DNA from: an uncultured Trueperaceae bacterium
GTDB lineage: Bacteria > Deinococcota > Deinococci > Deinococcales > Trueperaceae
NCBI GenBank assembly: GCA_963799485.1
Contig: CAWCXJ010000005.1
Location: 160,001-224,000 of the forward strand
Length of the DNA stretch: 64,000 nt
Direction of reading: 5' to 3'
Shown: one piece after another, positions 10,112 to 19,491 of the stretch
How the letters are laid out: each line of letters begins with the position of its first letter
How positions within the stretch are numbered: the stretch's first letter is position 1
Position numbers and translations under genes: made by a program
Notes under the pieces: generated by a model
Told to the model about the DNA's origin: nothing
The model's database searches: none
Seen by the model: the letters and a program-made list of their open reading frames with translations, nothing else

Positions 10112-10354
10112 GTGTTTTCAGCCAAAGCGTATACGCTCAGTTTCAGCGTTTTACTCGTGAGTCTGTTCGGTCTGGCCTTTTTAACCCCGGCAGGAGCGCT
10201 TTTCGCCTACGTTCTGGCCTTTATGAATGCGGCGGTCACGCTTTGGGTTGTGTCGGGGCTCGAGCGACTTTACCAATTCGTAGCCGTAAATGCGGCAAAG
10301 CGGCGCACGCCGACAAACCGAACAAACGGTTCAAATCGGTACGTCTACGACTGA
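10112..10354 (+). CDS. Small membrane protein (2 TM), first gene of the iron operon
   Basis: GTG at 10112 after an AAAGGAG RBS; two hydrophobic segments. Confidence 0.6.
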   Translation: MFSAKAYTLSFSVLLVSLFGLAFLTPAGALFAYVLAFMNAAVTLWVVSGLERLYQFVAVNAAKRRTPTNRTNGSNRYVYD

Positions 10355-10363
10355 GGAGTTATC

Positions 10364-10960
10364 ATGTCTGCTGCTTTAAGCACCCCGTCTACACTTCATC
10401 CCAACCCTACGGTCGAGCTTTTACTCAAACGCCGTTCGCTCGTCGTTGCCAGCCAGAGCGAACCGGGGCCGAGCGCGGAAGACCTCGAGACCATCCTCCG
10501 CTGCGCCGTCCGCGTCCCCGACCACGGCAAACTGACGCCGTGGCGGATTCAGGTCGCCCGCAAAGAGGCCCAGGCGAGATTGGGGGTGGTCTTTGCCGAC
10601 ATCTACGCCAAAAAGAACCCCGACGCCGGTAAAGAGCGCTTGGAGCTCGAGCGTCAGCGTCCGCAACGTGCGCCGCTGCTGCTTATCGTCAGCACCAAAA
10701 TCGATTCCCAGCCCATCCCGCGCCCTGAACAGCTTTTGTCCGGCGGCGCAGTCTGTCAAAATATCCTCATCGCCGCGACTGCGCTGGGTTACGCCTCGCA
10801 GTGGCTTTCGGAATGGGTGAATTACGACCCGGACGTTAAAGCGCATTTGGGTATTTCTCCAACCGATGAGATTTTGGGGTTTATGTATCTCGGCAGCGCG
10901 AGCGAAAAGCCGAAAGAGCGCCCCAGACCCGAATTAGAAGAGATTGTCAGCTACCTGTGA
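10364..10960 (+). CDS. Nitroreductase family protein (YdjA-like)
   Basis: [23 protein letters not shown] and [16 protein letters not shown] motifs. Confidence 0.9.
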   Translation: MSAALSTPSTLHPNPTVELLLKRRSLVVASQSEPGPSAEDLETILRCAVRVPDHGKLTPWRIQVARKEAQARLGVVFADIYAKKNPDAGKERLELERQRPQRAPLLLIVSTKIDSQPIPRPEQLLSGGAVCQNILIAATALGYASQWLSEWVNYDPDVKAHLGISPTDEILGFMYLGSASEKPKERPRPELEEIVSYL

Positions 10961-10985
10961 AGTTCACTTCCCCGGAGGAAACCTC

Positions 10986-11987
10986 GTGAAAAAGCTGATT
11001 ATTTTACTCGGTCTAATTATGCTTGGTTTTAGCTACGCACAGGAATGTGAGGAAGGTTTCCGGTTCTTCGACCATGAACTTTTGGCGACCGAACCCCTTT
11101 GCATCCCCGAAAATCCCGAACGTATTCTCGCTCTCGACATGGCGTCGGTGGAAATGACGCTGCTGACAGGAAAAAATCTGGTGGGCACGGCGAACTGGAT
11201 TCTGAGCGAACTGCCCCTCTTGGAGACCCGCTTCGCCGACGCCCTCGAGAGTGCTGAGGACGTGGGCTATCCTGCGAACCTGGAGCAAACACTTTTACTC
11301 GCGCCCGATCTCATCTTGGCGGTCGGCACCAGCGTTGCGGGGGACACCATCGACGCCTCCGCGGCAGGCGAGATTGCGCCTGTGGTGCTCGCTGACCCCG
11401 CCGTGTTCGACGACTGGCAGCTCGGCATGTCGTTCTGGGCAGAGGTGTTAGGGACACAAGACCTCTACACCGAGATGTTGACGAACTACGAAACCCGCGT
11501 GGGCGAACTTAGGAGCGAACTGGGCAATGCGAGCGAAACGACCATCTCGCTCGTGCCCATCGCCGGAGGCAGCGTCTATATGTGGATGCCCGACACCGCG
11601 CCCGGCAGCATCCTAGAGGACGTGGGCTTCGCCCGCCCGGAGCCGCAAAGCTTGGAGGCTGAAGCCGCCCAGGAGCGCTACGGTGCAGCGCAGTACATCC
11701 AGGTTTCCGAGGAGCGCTATGACCTCTTGGACGCAGACGTTATCTTCTACTTCACCTACGCCGCCTCCGACCCCGGAACCGCCGGAAAAGAGGCGGGCAA
11801 CGTGAGGGCGCTGGAGCAAAACCCCCTCTGGCAGTCTTTGAGCGCAGTGCAAAACGACCGAGCCTATTTCGTGCCGGGCTACTGGTGGCGGGCGCAGACA
11901 TACCTACTTGCCAATAAAGTTCTTGACGATATGTTTATTAACCTGGCGGGCGCGGAGGCAGATACGCCTGTGCTCGAGCTGCCGTAA
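10986..11987 (+). CDS. Iron-siderophore ABC transporter substrate-binding protein
   Basis: Signal peptide; [15 protein letters not shown]...PDLIL, IAPVV and [15 protein letters not shown] motifs. Confidence 0.85.
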   Translation: MKKLIILLGLIMLGFSYAQECEEGFRFFDHELLATEPLCIPENPERILALDMASVEMTLLTGKNLVGTANWILSELPLLETRFADALESAEDVGYPANLEQTLLLAPDLILAVGTSVAGDTIDASAAGEIAPVVLADPAVFDDWQLGMSFWAEVLGTQDLYTEMLTNYETRVGELRSELGNASETTISLVPIAGGSVYMWMPDTAPGSILEDVGFARPEPQSLEAEAAQERYGAAQYIQVSEERYDLLDADVIFYFTYAASDPGTAGKEAGNVRALEQNPLWQSLSAVQNDRAYFVPGYWWRAQTYLLANKVLDDMFINLAGAEADTPVLELP

Positions 11988-12017
11988 AACCATTTGCTCA
12001 CATTGCAGAGGATACCT

Positions 12018-13037
12018 ATGACTATCAAACCGTTTCGCACCGAAAGAGCCGAGGGCTTGCTCGTCGTTTACAGCGGCAACCGGCCCGTAGACGCCGCCGC
12101 CTTTCAGACCTTTTTAGACCGCTGGGCCGAGCAACTCGGCAGGGGCGAGCGTTTCGGCGTCGTGCTGGTCTACGAAGCTTACGAATACGAACAAAAAGTA
12201 CGCGACGCCGCCGAAGAAGACCGCTTTACCCACGCGATGGGTGAGTTTCGCCGCCGTCACCGCGAAGCGGCAAACCGGCTCTGCACCGGGGTGTCGCGGG
12301 TGTTTCCCGCCGAGTGGCTCGCCGGGCTGGACGCAGGGAAGACGGCGCGGTACGAGGCGCAGACGAGCCGGTTTGCGGCGTACACTTTCGGCGTGCGAGG
12401 CAAAAACTTTACGAGCCTGGACGAGGCGAAAGGGTGGCTTACGTCCATCTCTGATGAAGCGCCGCTGGCTTTAGGTGAGGAAGAAAAAAGTGATACAAGC
12501 CGTACCGGGTTTTATTACGGCAGCACCACGGGTACCACCGAGTTTGTGGCGGAGAAAATGCGGGACGCGGCTCTACTGAGGGGACTCGAGCTAACCCCCG
12601 TAAACATCGGCACCTTAAGCGACCCTCGAGACTTCTTAAAGCACGACCGGCTGATTTTAGGTATCCCTACCTGGAACGTCGGGCAGCTTCAGGACGACTG
12701 GCTCAGGCTCTACCCGAAACTGGACACGCTCGACTTTTCAGGCAAACAAGTGGCCCTTTTCGGTGTGGGCGACCAAGTGGGCTACCCGGACAATTTTCTC
12801 GACGCGCTCGGCACGTTAGGTCAAAAATTGCACGAGCGCGGCGCAGAGCTTGTCGGTTCTTGGTCTACAGCAGGCTACGACTTCACCGCCTCCAAAGCGC
12901 AAGTCGGCGACCGGTTTATGGGTTTGGGTATCGACGACTACAACCAAGAAGACCTGACAGAAGACCGCGTCACACGTTGGTTGGGGCAAATTCAAAGAGA
13001 GTTCGGCGCGACCAGACGCCTTATGGAGTACGCATGA
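12018..13037 (+). CDS. Long-chain flavodoxin fused to an N-terminal STAS/SEC14 (SpoIIAA-like) domain
   Basis: C-terminal YGSTTGTTE, LILGIPTWNVGQLQDDW, GKQVALFGVGDQVGYPDNF and GLGIDDYNQ motifs. The N-terminal ~150 aa ends in FTSLDEAKGWL. Confidence 0.8.
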   Translation: MTIKPFRTERAEGLLVVYSGNRPVDAAAFQTFLDRWAEQLGRGERFGVVLVYEAYEYEQKVRDAAEEDRFTHAMGEFRRRHREAANRLCTGVSRVFPAEWLAGLDAGKTARYEAQTSRFAAYTFGVRGKNFTSLDEAKGWLTSISDEAPLALGEEEKSDTSRTGFYYGSTTGTTEFVAEKMRDAALLRGLELTPVNIGTLSDPRDFLKHDRLILGIPTWNVGQLQDDWLRLYPKLDTLDFSGKQVALFGVGDQVGYPDNFLDALGTLGQKLHERGAELVGSWSTAGYDFTASKAQVGDRFMGLGIDDYNQEDLTEDRVTRWLGQIQREFGATRRLMEYA

Positions 13038-13975
13038 AAAAAATCCTGCTGAGTTTCCTCGTCCTTTTCCTCGGTACTACCTTCGCCCAGGGCTTTCCCG
13101 TCACCATCCCCCACAAGTTCGGCGCGACCACCCTTCAAGAAAAACCCAAACGCATCGTCAGTTTGGGGTACACCGAACAAGACACGCTGTTCGCCCTGGG
13201 AGCCGAACCGGTCGCCGTCCGCTACTTTTTCGGTGACGCGCCGGGCGCGATTTTCCCCTGGGCGGCGGACGCGGCGGGCACTGCCCAACCGGAAGTCCTC
13301 AATATGCCTTACGGCACGCTCAACTACGAGGCGATTCTCGCCCTAAAGCCCGACCTCATCACGGCGGTCGGCGCGGGCATTACTGAGGCGGAATACGAAA
13401 CGCTTTCACAGATTGCGCCGACCCTCGCGCAGTCGGACGACTACATCGATTTCGGCACGCCGTGGCAGGAGCAGGTGCGGCGTATCGCCCTGGCTCTCGG
13501 GGAGACGGCTCGCGGCGAAGCACTCGTGCGTGGGCTCGAGGCCGAATTCGAGCAGGTTCGTCAGGCGTACCCCGAATTTGCCGGAAAAACCGTCGCCGTC
13601 GCCTACAACAGCGGGGGCACGTACGGCTTTTACACCGCACAGGACGCGAGGGCACGTTTTTTCGAAGACTTGGGCTTTGTCGTCCCGCAAAGCCTCGTAG
13701 ACCTAGCCGGTGAGAGCTTTTACGCCGATGTAAGCGAGGAGCGCCTCGACCTCCTGGATCAAGACCTGCTCGTTTTGCTCGACGTACCGTTTGCCGAAGC
13801 GGGCACACAGGGGCCTACAGACGACCCGCTCTTGTCGCAGCTCGGCGCGGTGCAAGCGGGGCGGGTGCTAAACGTCAGCGGTGACGAGGTAGACGCCCTG
13901 CAGTTCGGGACGGTGCTGAGTCTGGGCTACCTGCTGGAGAACCTCGTACCCGAAGTGGCGGCAGTCGTAGAGTAA
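13034..13975 (+). CDS. Second iron-siderophore ABC substrate-binding protein
   Basis: FPVTIPHKFGATT...PKRIVSLG, EAILALKPDLI and YETLSQIAPT motifs; ATGA overlap with the flavodoxin stop. Confidence 0.9.
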   Translation: MKKILLSFLVLFLGTTFAQGFPVTIPHKFGATTLQEKPKRIVSLGYTEQDTLFALGAEPVAVRYFFGDAPGAIFPWAADAAGTAQPEVLNMPYGTLNYEAILALKPDLITAVGAGITEAEYETLSQIAPTLAQSDDYIDFGTPWQEQVRRIALALGETARGEALVRGLEAEFEQVRQAYPEFAGKTVAVAYNSGGTYGFYTAQDARARFFEDLGFVVPQSLVDLAGESFYADVSEERLDLLDQDLLVLLDVPFAEAGTQGPTDDPLLSQLGAVQAGRVLNVSGDEVDALQFGTVLSLGYLLENLVPEVAAVVE

Positions 13976-14054
13976 CTACACCGTAACTACGGTTGGTTCA
14001 GACGAAAGAAGCGACCGCTACAGCCTTTGACGCTCGCTCGAAGGGTGGTCGCTC

Positions 14055-14079
14055 AATTCCGAGTATAATGCTCTAGATT
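14055..14079 (+). promoter_or_regulatory. Second palindromic operator overlapping a TATAAT -10 box, upstream of the permeases
   Basis: AATTCCGAGTATAATGCTCTAGATT has the same 25-bp architecture as 10026-10050. Confidence 0.55.
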
Positions 14080-14098
14080 ACAGGTACTCGAGGTTCTA

Positions 14099-15121
14099 AT
14101 GGCTTATTCTACCTCTCCCCGTGCGAAAACGCTGCAACGTTCCAAATGGTTGGGCTTGGCGCTCGGTTTGGGTTTGCTGCTCGCGTGTTTAGCGCTCAGC
14201 GTCACCTTAGGCGCAGCGGACATCTCGGTCGGGACGGTGTTCGCCGCGCTGTTTCGCGCCAACGGGTCGCTCGAGCATCTCGTCATCCGCACGGTGCGTT
14301 TGCCCAGGGTACTCGCGGGCGCGGTTGTCGGCGCAGCTTTGGCAGTTGCGGGCGCAATCATGCAGGGGCTGACCCGTAACCCGCTGGCGTCGCCGAGTAT
14401 TTTAGGCGTCAACGCGGGGGCGTCGTTCGCCGTCGTTTTAGCGGTGTTGATTCTGGGGAGCCCGCCGTTCTCGCTTTACGCTTTGTTCGCCTTTATCGGC
14501 GCGGCGGTAGCCGCTGCGTTCGTCTACGCGCTCGGTTCGGTCGGGCGCAGCGGCGCGACACCCCTCAAACTGACGCTGGCGGGCGCGGTTTTTACGGCGT
14601 TTGTGAGTTCGTTTACCACTGCGATTCTGATTATGAGTCAGAGTACGCTCGAGCAGGTGCGTTTCTGGACGGCGGGCTCGTTGGCGGGTCGTGAGCTGCC
14701 GCTGCTGCTCGGGACAGCACCTTATATTTTGGTCGGGCTCGTCGGCGCGATGTTTTTAGGACGGCAGCTCACCGCGCTCAGCCTGGGCGACGACGTAGCG
14801 ACAGGTTTGGGACAAAACACGGGCTGGCTCAAAGCGCTCGCAGCGGTGCTGGTCGTACTTTTGGCGGGGGGTGCGGTGGCGCTCGCGGGGCCGGTCGGGT
14901 TTGTCGGTCTGATTGTACCGCACGTCGTGCGTTTTCTCGTCGGGGTCGATTACCGCTGGATACTGCCGTACTCGGCGCTTCTGGGCGGGGTGCTGGTGAC
15001 ACTCGCAGACATCGGAGCGAGACTCGTTATCCGGCCACAGGAGTTGCCGGTAGGTGTGATCATGGCGCTTATCGGCGCGCCTTTTTTTATCTATCTGGCG
15101 CGTACCAGGGTGCGGCGCTGA
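14099..15121 (+). CDS. FecCD-family iron ABC permease
   Basis: RLPRVL, MQGLTRNPLASPSILG, LSLGDDVATGLG and GFVGLIVPH motifs. Confidence 0.95.
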   Translation: MAYSTSPRAKTLQRSKWLGLALGLGLLLACLALSVTLGAADISVGTVFAALFRANGSLEHLVIRTVRLPRVLAGAVVGAALAVAGAIMQGLTRNPLASPSILGVNAGASFAVVLAVLILGSPPFSLYALFAFIGAAVAAAFVYALGSVGRSGATPLKLTLAGAVFTAFVSSFTTAILIMSQSTLEQVRFWTAGSLAGRELPLLLGTAPYILVGLVGAMFLGRQLTALSLGDDVATGLGQNTGWLKALAAVLVVLLAGGAVALAGPVGFVGLIVPHVVRFLVGVDYRWILPYSALLGGVLVTLADIGARLVIRPQELPVGVIMALIGAPFFIYLARTRVRR

Positions 15122-15187
15122 TGCTGCACGAATCTATCAAGGTGCGGCGCTGATGCTGCACGAATCTATCAAGGTGCGGCGCTGATG
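15109..15187 (+). repeat. 32-bp tandem direct repeat, about 2.5 copies
   Basis: GGTGCGGCGCTGATGCTGCACGAATCTATCAA at 15109 and 15141, partial copy at 15173. Confidence 0.95.
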
Positions 15188-16261
15188 GCGCACAGGTTAC
15201 AACCTGAAACCCGGCAAGGTGGCGCGGGAACCTGGCATACCGTCCGTCTGGGCAAACGGGTTTCTTTTCGCCTCGACCGGCGTGCCCTGCCTGTCCTGCT
15301 CGTGCTGCTCTTTTTGCTCTTGGCAGTCGCGGTTTTAAGCGTGAGCTACGGCGAGTACAAGATTGCGCCGCTCGACGTGGTGCGGGCGACGCTGGGTTTG
15401 GAGACCGGCAACGACGATTACCCTTTGGTGGTGCGGCTGTTTCGCTTGCCGCGTATCGTGCTGGCGGCGCTCGTCGGGGCGGCGCTGGCGGTCTCCGGGG
15501 CGGTTTTGCAGGGCATTACGCACAACCCGCTCGCCGACCCCGGTATTCTGGGCATCAGCAGTGGCGCGGCGCTCGCTGCCGTTTCTCTGCTCATCTATTT
15601 TACGGCGGCCCCGGCCCTGCTTTTACCGTGGGCGGCGTTCGGCGGAGCGCTGCTGACGGCGGCGCTCATCTATCTGCTGGCGTGGCGCGGGGGCAGTTCG
15701 CCGCTGCGCCTGATTCTTATCGGTATCGGTTTCGCCGCCGCCGCGCAAGCCCTGACGACGCTCTTGGTCGTTTTTGGCGACATCAGCGACGTGCAGCGGG
15801 CGTTCGTGTGGCTTTCAGGGAGTGTCTACGGGCGCGGTTGGGCGGACGTGCGGGTGCTGGCGCTGTGGCTCGCGGTTCTTTTACCGCTTACGTTCTTGAG
15901 CGCGCGGCAGCTCAATACGCTCTCCCTCGGGGACGAGAGTGCGACCGGGCTGGGGGTGGGGCTCGAGCGTACCAGGGCTTTTCTCAGCCTCCTGAGCGTC
16001 GCACTCGCCGCGGGCGCAGTCGCGGCGGCGGGTACGGTCGGGTTTGTCGGGCTCGTTGCGCCGCACATCACCCGGCGGCTGGTCGGCCCCGGGCACGAAG
16101 GCTTGCTCCCGGCGAGCGCCCTGACCGGTGCGCTGCTAGTCGTTACCGCCGACCTGATAGGGCGCACGGTCATCGCGCCGAGTCAACTGCCCGCCGGACT
16201 CGTCACGGCGGTTATCGGCGCACCCTATTTTATGTACCTGCTCTGGCGCTACCGGGATTAG
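15185..16261 (+). CDS. FecCD-family iron ABC permease
   Basis: FRLPRIV, QGITHNPLADPGILG and GFVGLVAPHI motifs. Confidence 0.95.
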   Translation: MAHRLQPETRQGGAGTWHTVRLGKRVSFRLDRRALPVLLVLLFLLLAVAVLSVSYGEYKIAPLDVVRATLGLETGNDDYPLVVRLFRLPRIVLAALVGAALAVSGAVLQGITHNPLADPGILGISSGAALAAVSLLIYFTAAPALLLPWAAFGGALLTAALIYLLAWRGGSSPLRLILIGIGFAAAAQALTTLLVVFGDISDVQRAFVWLSGSVYGRGWADVRVLALWLAVLLPLTFLSARQLNTLSLGDESATGLGVGLERTRAFLSLLSVALAAGAVAAAGTVGFVGLVAPHITRRLVGPGHEGLLPASALTGALLVVTADLIGRTVIAPSQLPAGLVTAVIGAPYFMYLLWRYRD

Positions 16262-16270
16262 GAGACGTTT

Positions 16271-17122
16271 ATGAAAACGGCTGTGAAGTCTACCCCCGAC
16301 GCTATTTCTAATACAGCGGTCGATACCGCCCTGAGCGCCGACAACCTGACGCTTGCCTACGACCGGAACGTCGTGATTCGGGAGCTGGGCGTGACGATTC
16401 CTGCAGGGCAGGTCACGGCGCTTGTCGGCCCGAACGGGTGCGGCAAATCGACCTTGCTGCGGGCTTTGGCACGGCTCCTGAAACCTAGAGGTGGCGCTGT
16501 CTATCTCGACGGCGAGGCCATCGTCACACTTTCCACGAAGGCCGTCGCCAAAAAGTTGGGTATCTTGCCGCAAGGCCCGAGCGCTCCCGAAGGGCTCCGG
16601 GTGCGCGAACTTGTCGCGCAGGGGCGGTATCCGCACAGCGGGTTTTTGCAGGGCTGGTCACCCGCAGACGAGGCGGCGCTCCTCCGGGCGCTCACCATCA
16701 CGCGGATGGAGGGGTTTGCCGACCGGCCCCTCGAGTCCCTTTCCGGCGGTCAAAAACAGCGCGCCTGGATTGCCATGACCTTGGCGCAGGAAACGCCGAT
16801 TCTCTTACTCGACGAACCCACGACGTTTCTTGACATGGCCCATCAGGTCGAAGTCTTGTCATTGTTGGACGAACTCAACGAACGCGAGGGGCGCACCATT
16901 GTGATGGTCTTGCACGACGTCAACCAGGCCTGCCGTTACGCGCATCACCTGATTGCGCTTAAGGGCGGTGAAATTATCAAACAGGGGAGTCCGGCTGAAG
17001 TCATCGACGCTGCGCTCCTCCGCGAAGTCTTCGGCCTCGAGTGCCTCGTCGTCCCCGACCCCGTAAGCGGTACGCCGCTCTGCCTGCCGCAAAGTTACCC
17101 GTTACGCGTGCAGCGGCCCTGA
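16271..17122 (+). CDS. Iron ABC transporter ATP-binding protein (FecE/FhuC-like)
   Basis: [29 protein letters not shown] and VLHD motifs. Confidence 0.95.
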   Translation: MKTAVKSTPDAISNTAVDTALSADNLTLAYDRNVVIRELGVTIPAGQVTALVGPNGCGKSTLLRALARLLKPRGGAVYLDGEAIVTLSTKAVAKKLGILPQGPSAPEGLRVRELVAQGRYPHSGFLQGWSPADEAALLRALTITRMEGFADRPLESLSGGQKQRAWIAMTLAQETPILLLDEPTTFLDMAHQVEVLSLLDELNEREGRTIVMVLHDVNQACRYAHHLIALKGGEIIKQGSPAEVIDAALLREVFGLECLVVPDPVSGTPLCLPQSYPLRVQRP

Positions 17123-17185
17123 TTTCGGCCCGCTTGGGCTTGCGTCTCGAGTCCACCCGCTTTAGTTTCTTGGGTGTCCACTACG

Positions 17186-17491
17186 CTAGCCGTTTACACC
17201 ACGCCCACCTACCACGCGTAACTTGGCACCTTCAGGTTTCCCGTTCATCAGCAGCGTCGCCTCTGAAATAAGCGCCCGCACCTGCTCGTCTTTGAGCGAC
17301 GCGTCATGCGCTTCTTCGTCGTCCCACATTTCATAAATCCAGATAGCGGTTTCGTCCGCTAAATCTTCGTTGACGATGTAGAGGTGACAACCGGGAAACT
17401 TACCTACGAGGGCAGCCGCTCGGGTCATAATCTCGACAAACTCAGCTCGTTTGCCCGCTTGCGCTGTGAGTTTTCCGTACAAACCGTACAT
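17186..17491 (-). CDS. Antibiotic biosynthesis monooxygenase (ABM) family protein
   Basis: MYGLYGKLTAQAGKR...GCHLYIV...IYEMWDDEEAHDASL; GAGG RBS. Confidence 0.85.
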   Translation of the reverse strand: MYGLYGKLTAQAGKRAEFVEIMTRAAALVGKFPGCHLYIVNEDLADETAIWIYEMWDDEEAHDASLKDEQVRALISEATLLMNGKPEGAKLRVVGGRGVNG

Positions 17492-17541
17492 AACTACCTC
17501 TTTCCAAGCTCTTGTCAAAGTAGACTGTCTGGACGCTCTAC

Positions 17542-18381
17542 TTATTTTTTACGCGCCGCCTCGAGCGCGTCCCACTGCTCGGGCGTCACCTCATCCAGAA
17601 TGTTGAACTCACCGCCGTTCCAAGCGGTTTCGCCGCCGTCTATGGCGATCAGGTCGCCGGTGATAAATGCCGCCGCGTCTGAAATCAGGTAGCTCGCCAG
17701 GTTCGCCAGTTCCAGGTGTTCACCTACCCGCCCCAGCGGAATCTGCTTTTCAAACAGCTCCCCGATCTCCGGGGTCGGCATCAGGCGGCTCCACGCGCCC
17801 TCGGTCGGAAACGGCCCCGGTGCGACGGCGTTCAAACGAATCCCATACTTGCCCCATTCGGCAGCCAGCGATTTGGTCAACGCCACCACGCCTGCTTTCG
17901 CCGCTGCCGAGGGCACCACGTAGCCCGAACCCGACGCCGCATAAGTGGTGGCGATATTCAAGACGGTGCCCTTTTGCGCTTGGGCAATCCAGCGTTTGCC
18001 GAGCTCGAGGGTGCAGTAAAACGTCCCGTGCAGCACGATATTGAGCACCGCGTCTACGGCTCTCGGTGACAGCCGTTCGGTCGGCGAGATAAAGTTTCCG
18101 GCGGCGTTGTTGACCAAAACGTCCACCTGCCCGAAGTGCGCTTCGGCGTCGTCAATCATCGCCGCGACCTGCGCCGGGTCGCGCACGTCGCACGTGACCG
18201 GTAGCACCTCACCGTCCATCTCACTCGCGGCGTCTTGCAAGACCGCCTCGCGCCGCCCCGAAATCACGAGCTTCGCGCCCAGCGAAAGAAACCGTTCGCC
18301 CATCGCCCGCCCGAGGCCGGTACCGCCGCCCGTTATGAGGACGACCTTACCTTGCAACAAGTTCTTGGCAAATACTTCCAT
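17542..18381 (-). CDS. SDR oxidoreductase, 2,4-dienoyl-CoA reductase-like
   Basis: TGGGTGLG, NNAAGNFISPTERLS, SAAAKAGV and EWGKYGIRLNAVAPGPFPT motifs. Confidence 0.9.
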   Translation of the reverse strand: MEVFAKNLLQGKVVLITGGGTGLGRAMGERFLSLGAKLVISGRREAVLQDAASEMDGEVLPVTCDVRDPAQVAAMIDDAEAHFGQVDVLVNNAAGNFISPTERLSPRAVDAVLNIVLHGTFYCTLELGKRWIAQAQKGTVLNIATTYAASGSGYVVPSAAAKAGVVALTKSLAAEWGKYGIRLNAVAPGPFPTEGAWSRLMPTPEIGELFEKQIPLGRVGEHLELANLASYLISDAAAFITGDLIAIDGGETAWNGGEFNILDEVTPEQWDALEAARKK

Positions 18382-18470
18382 CTTGTAAGCCTCCCGTCAG
18401 CATACCGTGTTCGTGAGACGTCACCCGCTGGCTTTATGTAGGCTATGCTACTGTCGCACGGGGGTTTATC

Positions 18471-18719
18471 TTGGCCTGGCAAGCTGACATCATCGAGACC
18501 AGAGAGGCGCACCTGCGGGCGGTGCTCGCCGAGTGTGCGCGTGACTGGCACCTGGTAATCCGGGATTATCTGATTTGTCTCGAGGCGGCCGAGCGCGCCG
18601 GAGACAGGCGCGCCACGCGGTTCTTCGCTGCCAAACTGGTTACGGCCTACAGCGCCATCGGTTTGACCGACAAAGCGCGTGGCTACAGTGAAGTTGCTAC
18701 CGCGAGGCGGCAGCAATGA
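18471..18719 (+). CDS. Hypothetical helical protein
   Basis: 82-aa ORF filling the gap divergent from the SDR gene; no motif recognised. Confidence 0.5.
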   Translation: MAWQADIIETREAHLRAVLAECARDWHLVIRDYLICLEAAERAGDRRATRFFAAKLVTAYSAIGLTDKARGYSEVATARRQQ

Positions 18720-18759
18720 GGTTGCCACACCGAGGTTGCCACACCAAGGTTGCCACAGC
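18718..18759 (+). repeat. 14-bp tandem repeat x3
   Basis: GAGGTTGCCACACC, GAGGTTGCCACACC, AAGGTTGCCACAGC. Confidence 0.9.
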
Positions 18760-18848
18760 AAGCCGGAGTCGTCTTAGCCTGGAAATAAACGGGCTCGGAG
18801 GTAAAAAGAGGTAAACAGGCTCGGCGGTAAACGGTAAGATACCAGGCG

Positions 18849-19286
18849 ATGAACTATGCGGCGTTACTGGCCCTGCTCGCGGCGCTCGCTTTTACCGCGC
18901 CGTTTCTGGTCAATCTAGCGTCGCGCCTCGGCATCCCCCGGGCACTCGGAATTGTGACCACGCTCGTCGGCGCAGTTTTTCTGCTAGGCTGGCTGTTGGT
19001 ACGTGAGCGGGTCGAAAGGCACCAGCGGCTCGAGGCGCGCATCAGCATCCTGCAGACGCGCCGGAGCCGCGCGCCCCAAGACCCGGAAAGTTACTTTTTG
19101 GCGGGTGAACATTTAGGCGATTTGCTCGAGCAGGTTGGGCGGCCCCGCGAAGCTCTGAGGGTTTTTGAAGCTTACGCAAGACTGCTTAAACGAACCGGCA
19201 CAGCGGCGGAGCAGCAGGCGACGGCCGAAACTATCGCTGCACTCCGGAAAGAACTCGCCGAAAGGGAGGATGATGCAAGCATATAA
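18849..19286 (+). CDS. Membrane protein (2 TM) with a TPR-like C-terminus
   Basis: Two hydrophobic helices, then a TPR-like LGDLLEQVGRPREALRVFE pattern. Confidence 0.6.
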   Translation: MNYAALLALLAALAFTAPFLVNLASRLGIPRALGIVTTLVGAVFLLGWLLVRERVERHQRLEARISILQTRRSRAPQDPESYFLAGEHLGDLLEQVGRPREALRVFEAYARLLKRTGTAAEQQATAETIAALRKELAEREDDASI

Positions 19287-19470
19287 AGGAATTCTCAGGA
19301 ACGGTGTGGTGGTCTTACCCGAGGGGGTTCGGCTCCCTGAAGGTGTTACGGTTACGGTCACCGTCAGTGAAGTCGAGCTGTTACGCGCCCGGATGCGGCT
19401 GGCGCTGATTCGCAACGCACCCCGGCGGACCCGCGCCCGGACGCTCGTCCCCGACGCGGTAACCGGTTGA
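19270..19470 (+). CDS. DUF104/AF2212-like small antitoxin-fold protein
   Basis: MMQAYKGILRNGVVVLPEGVRLPEGVTVTVTV; GGGAGG RBS. Confidence 0.6.
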   Translation: MMQAYKGILRNGVVVLPEGVRLPEGVTVTVTVSEVELLRARMRLALIRNAPRRTRARTLVPDAVTG

Positions 19471-19491
19471 GGCTGAACTAGGCCGCGTTGG

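Noticed and set aside
15109..15187. CRISPR array
   Set aside because: The intervening sequences are identical (pure tandem repeat), there are only 2.5 units, and no cas genes are present.
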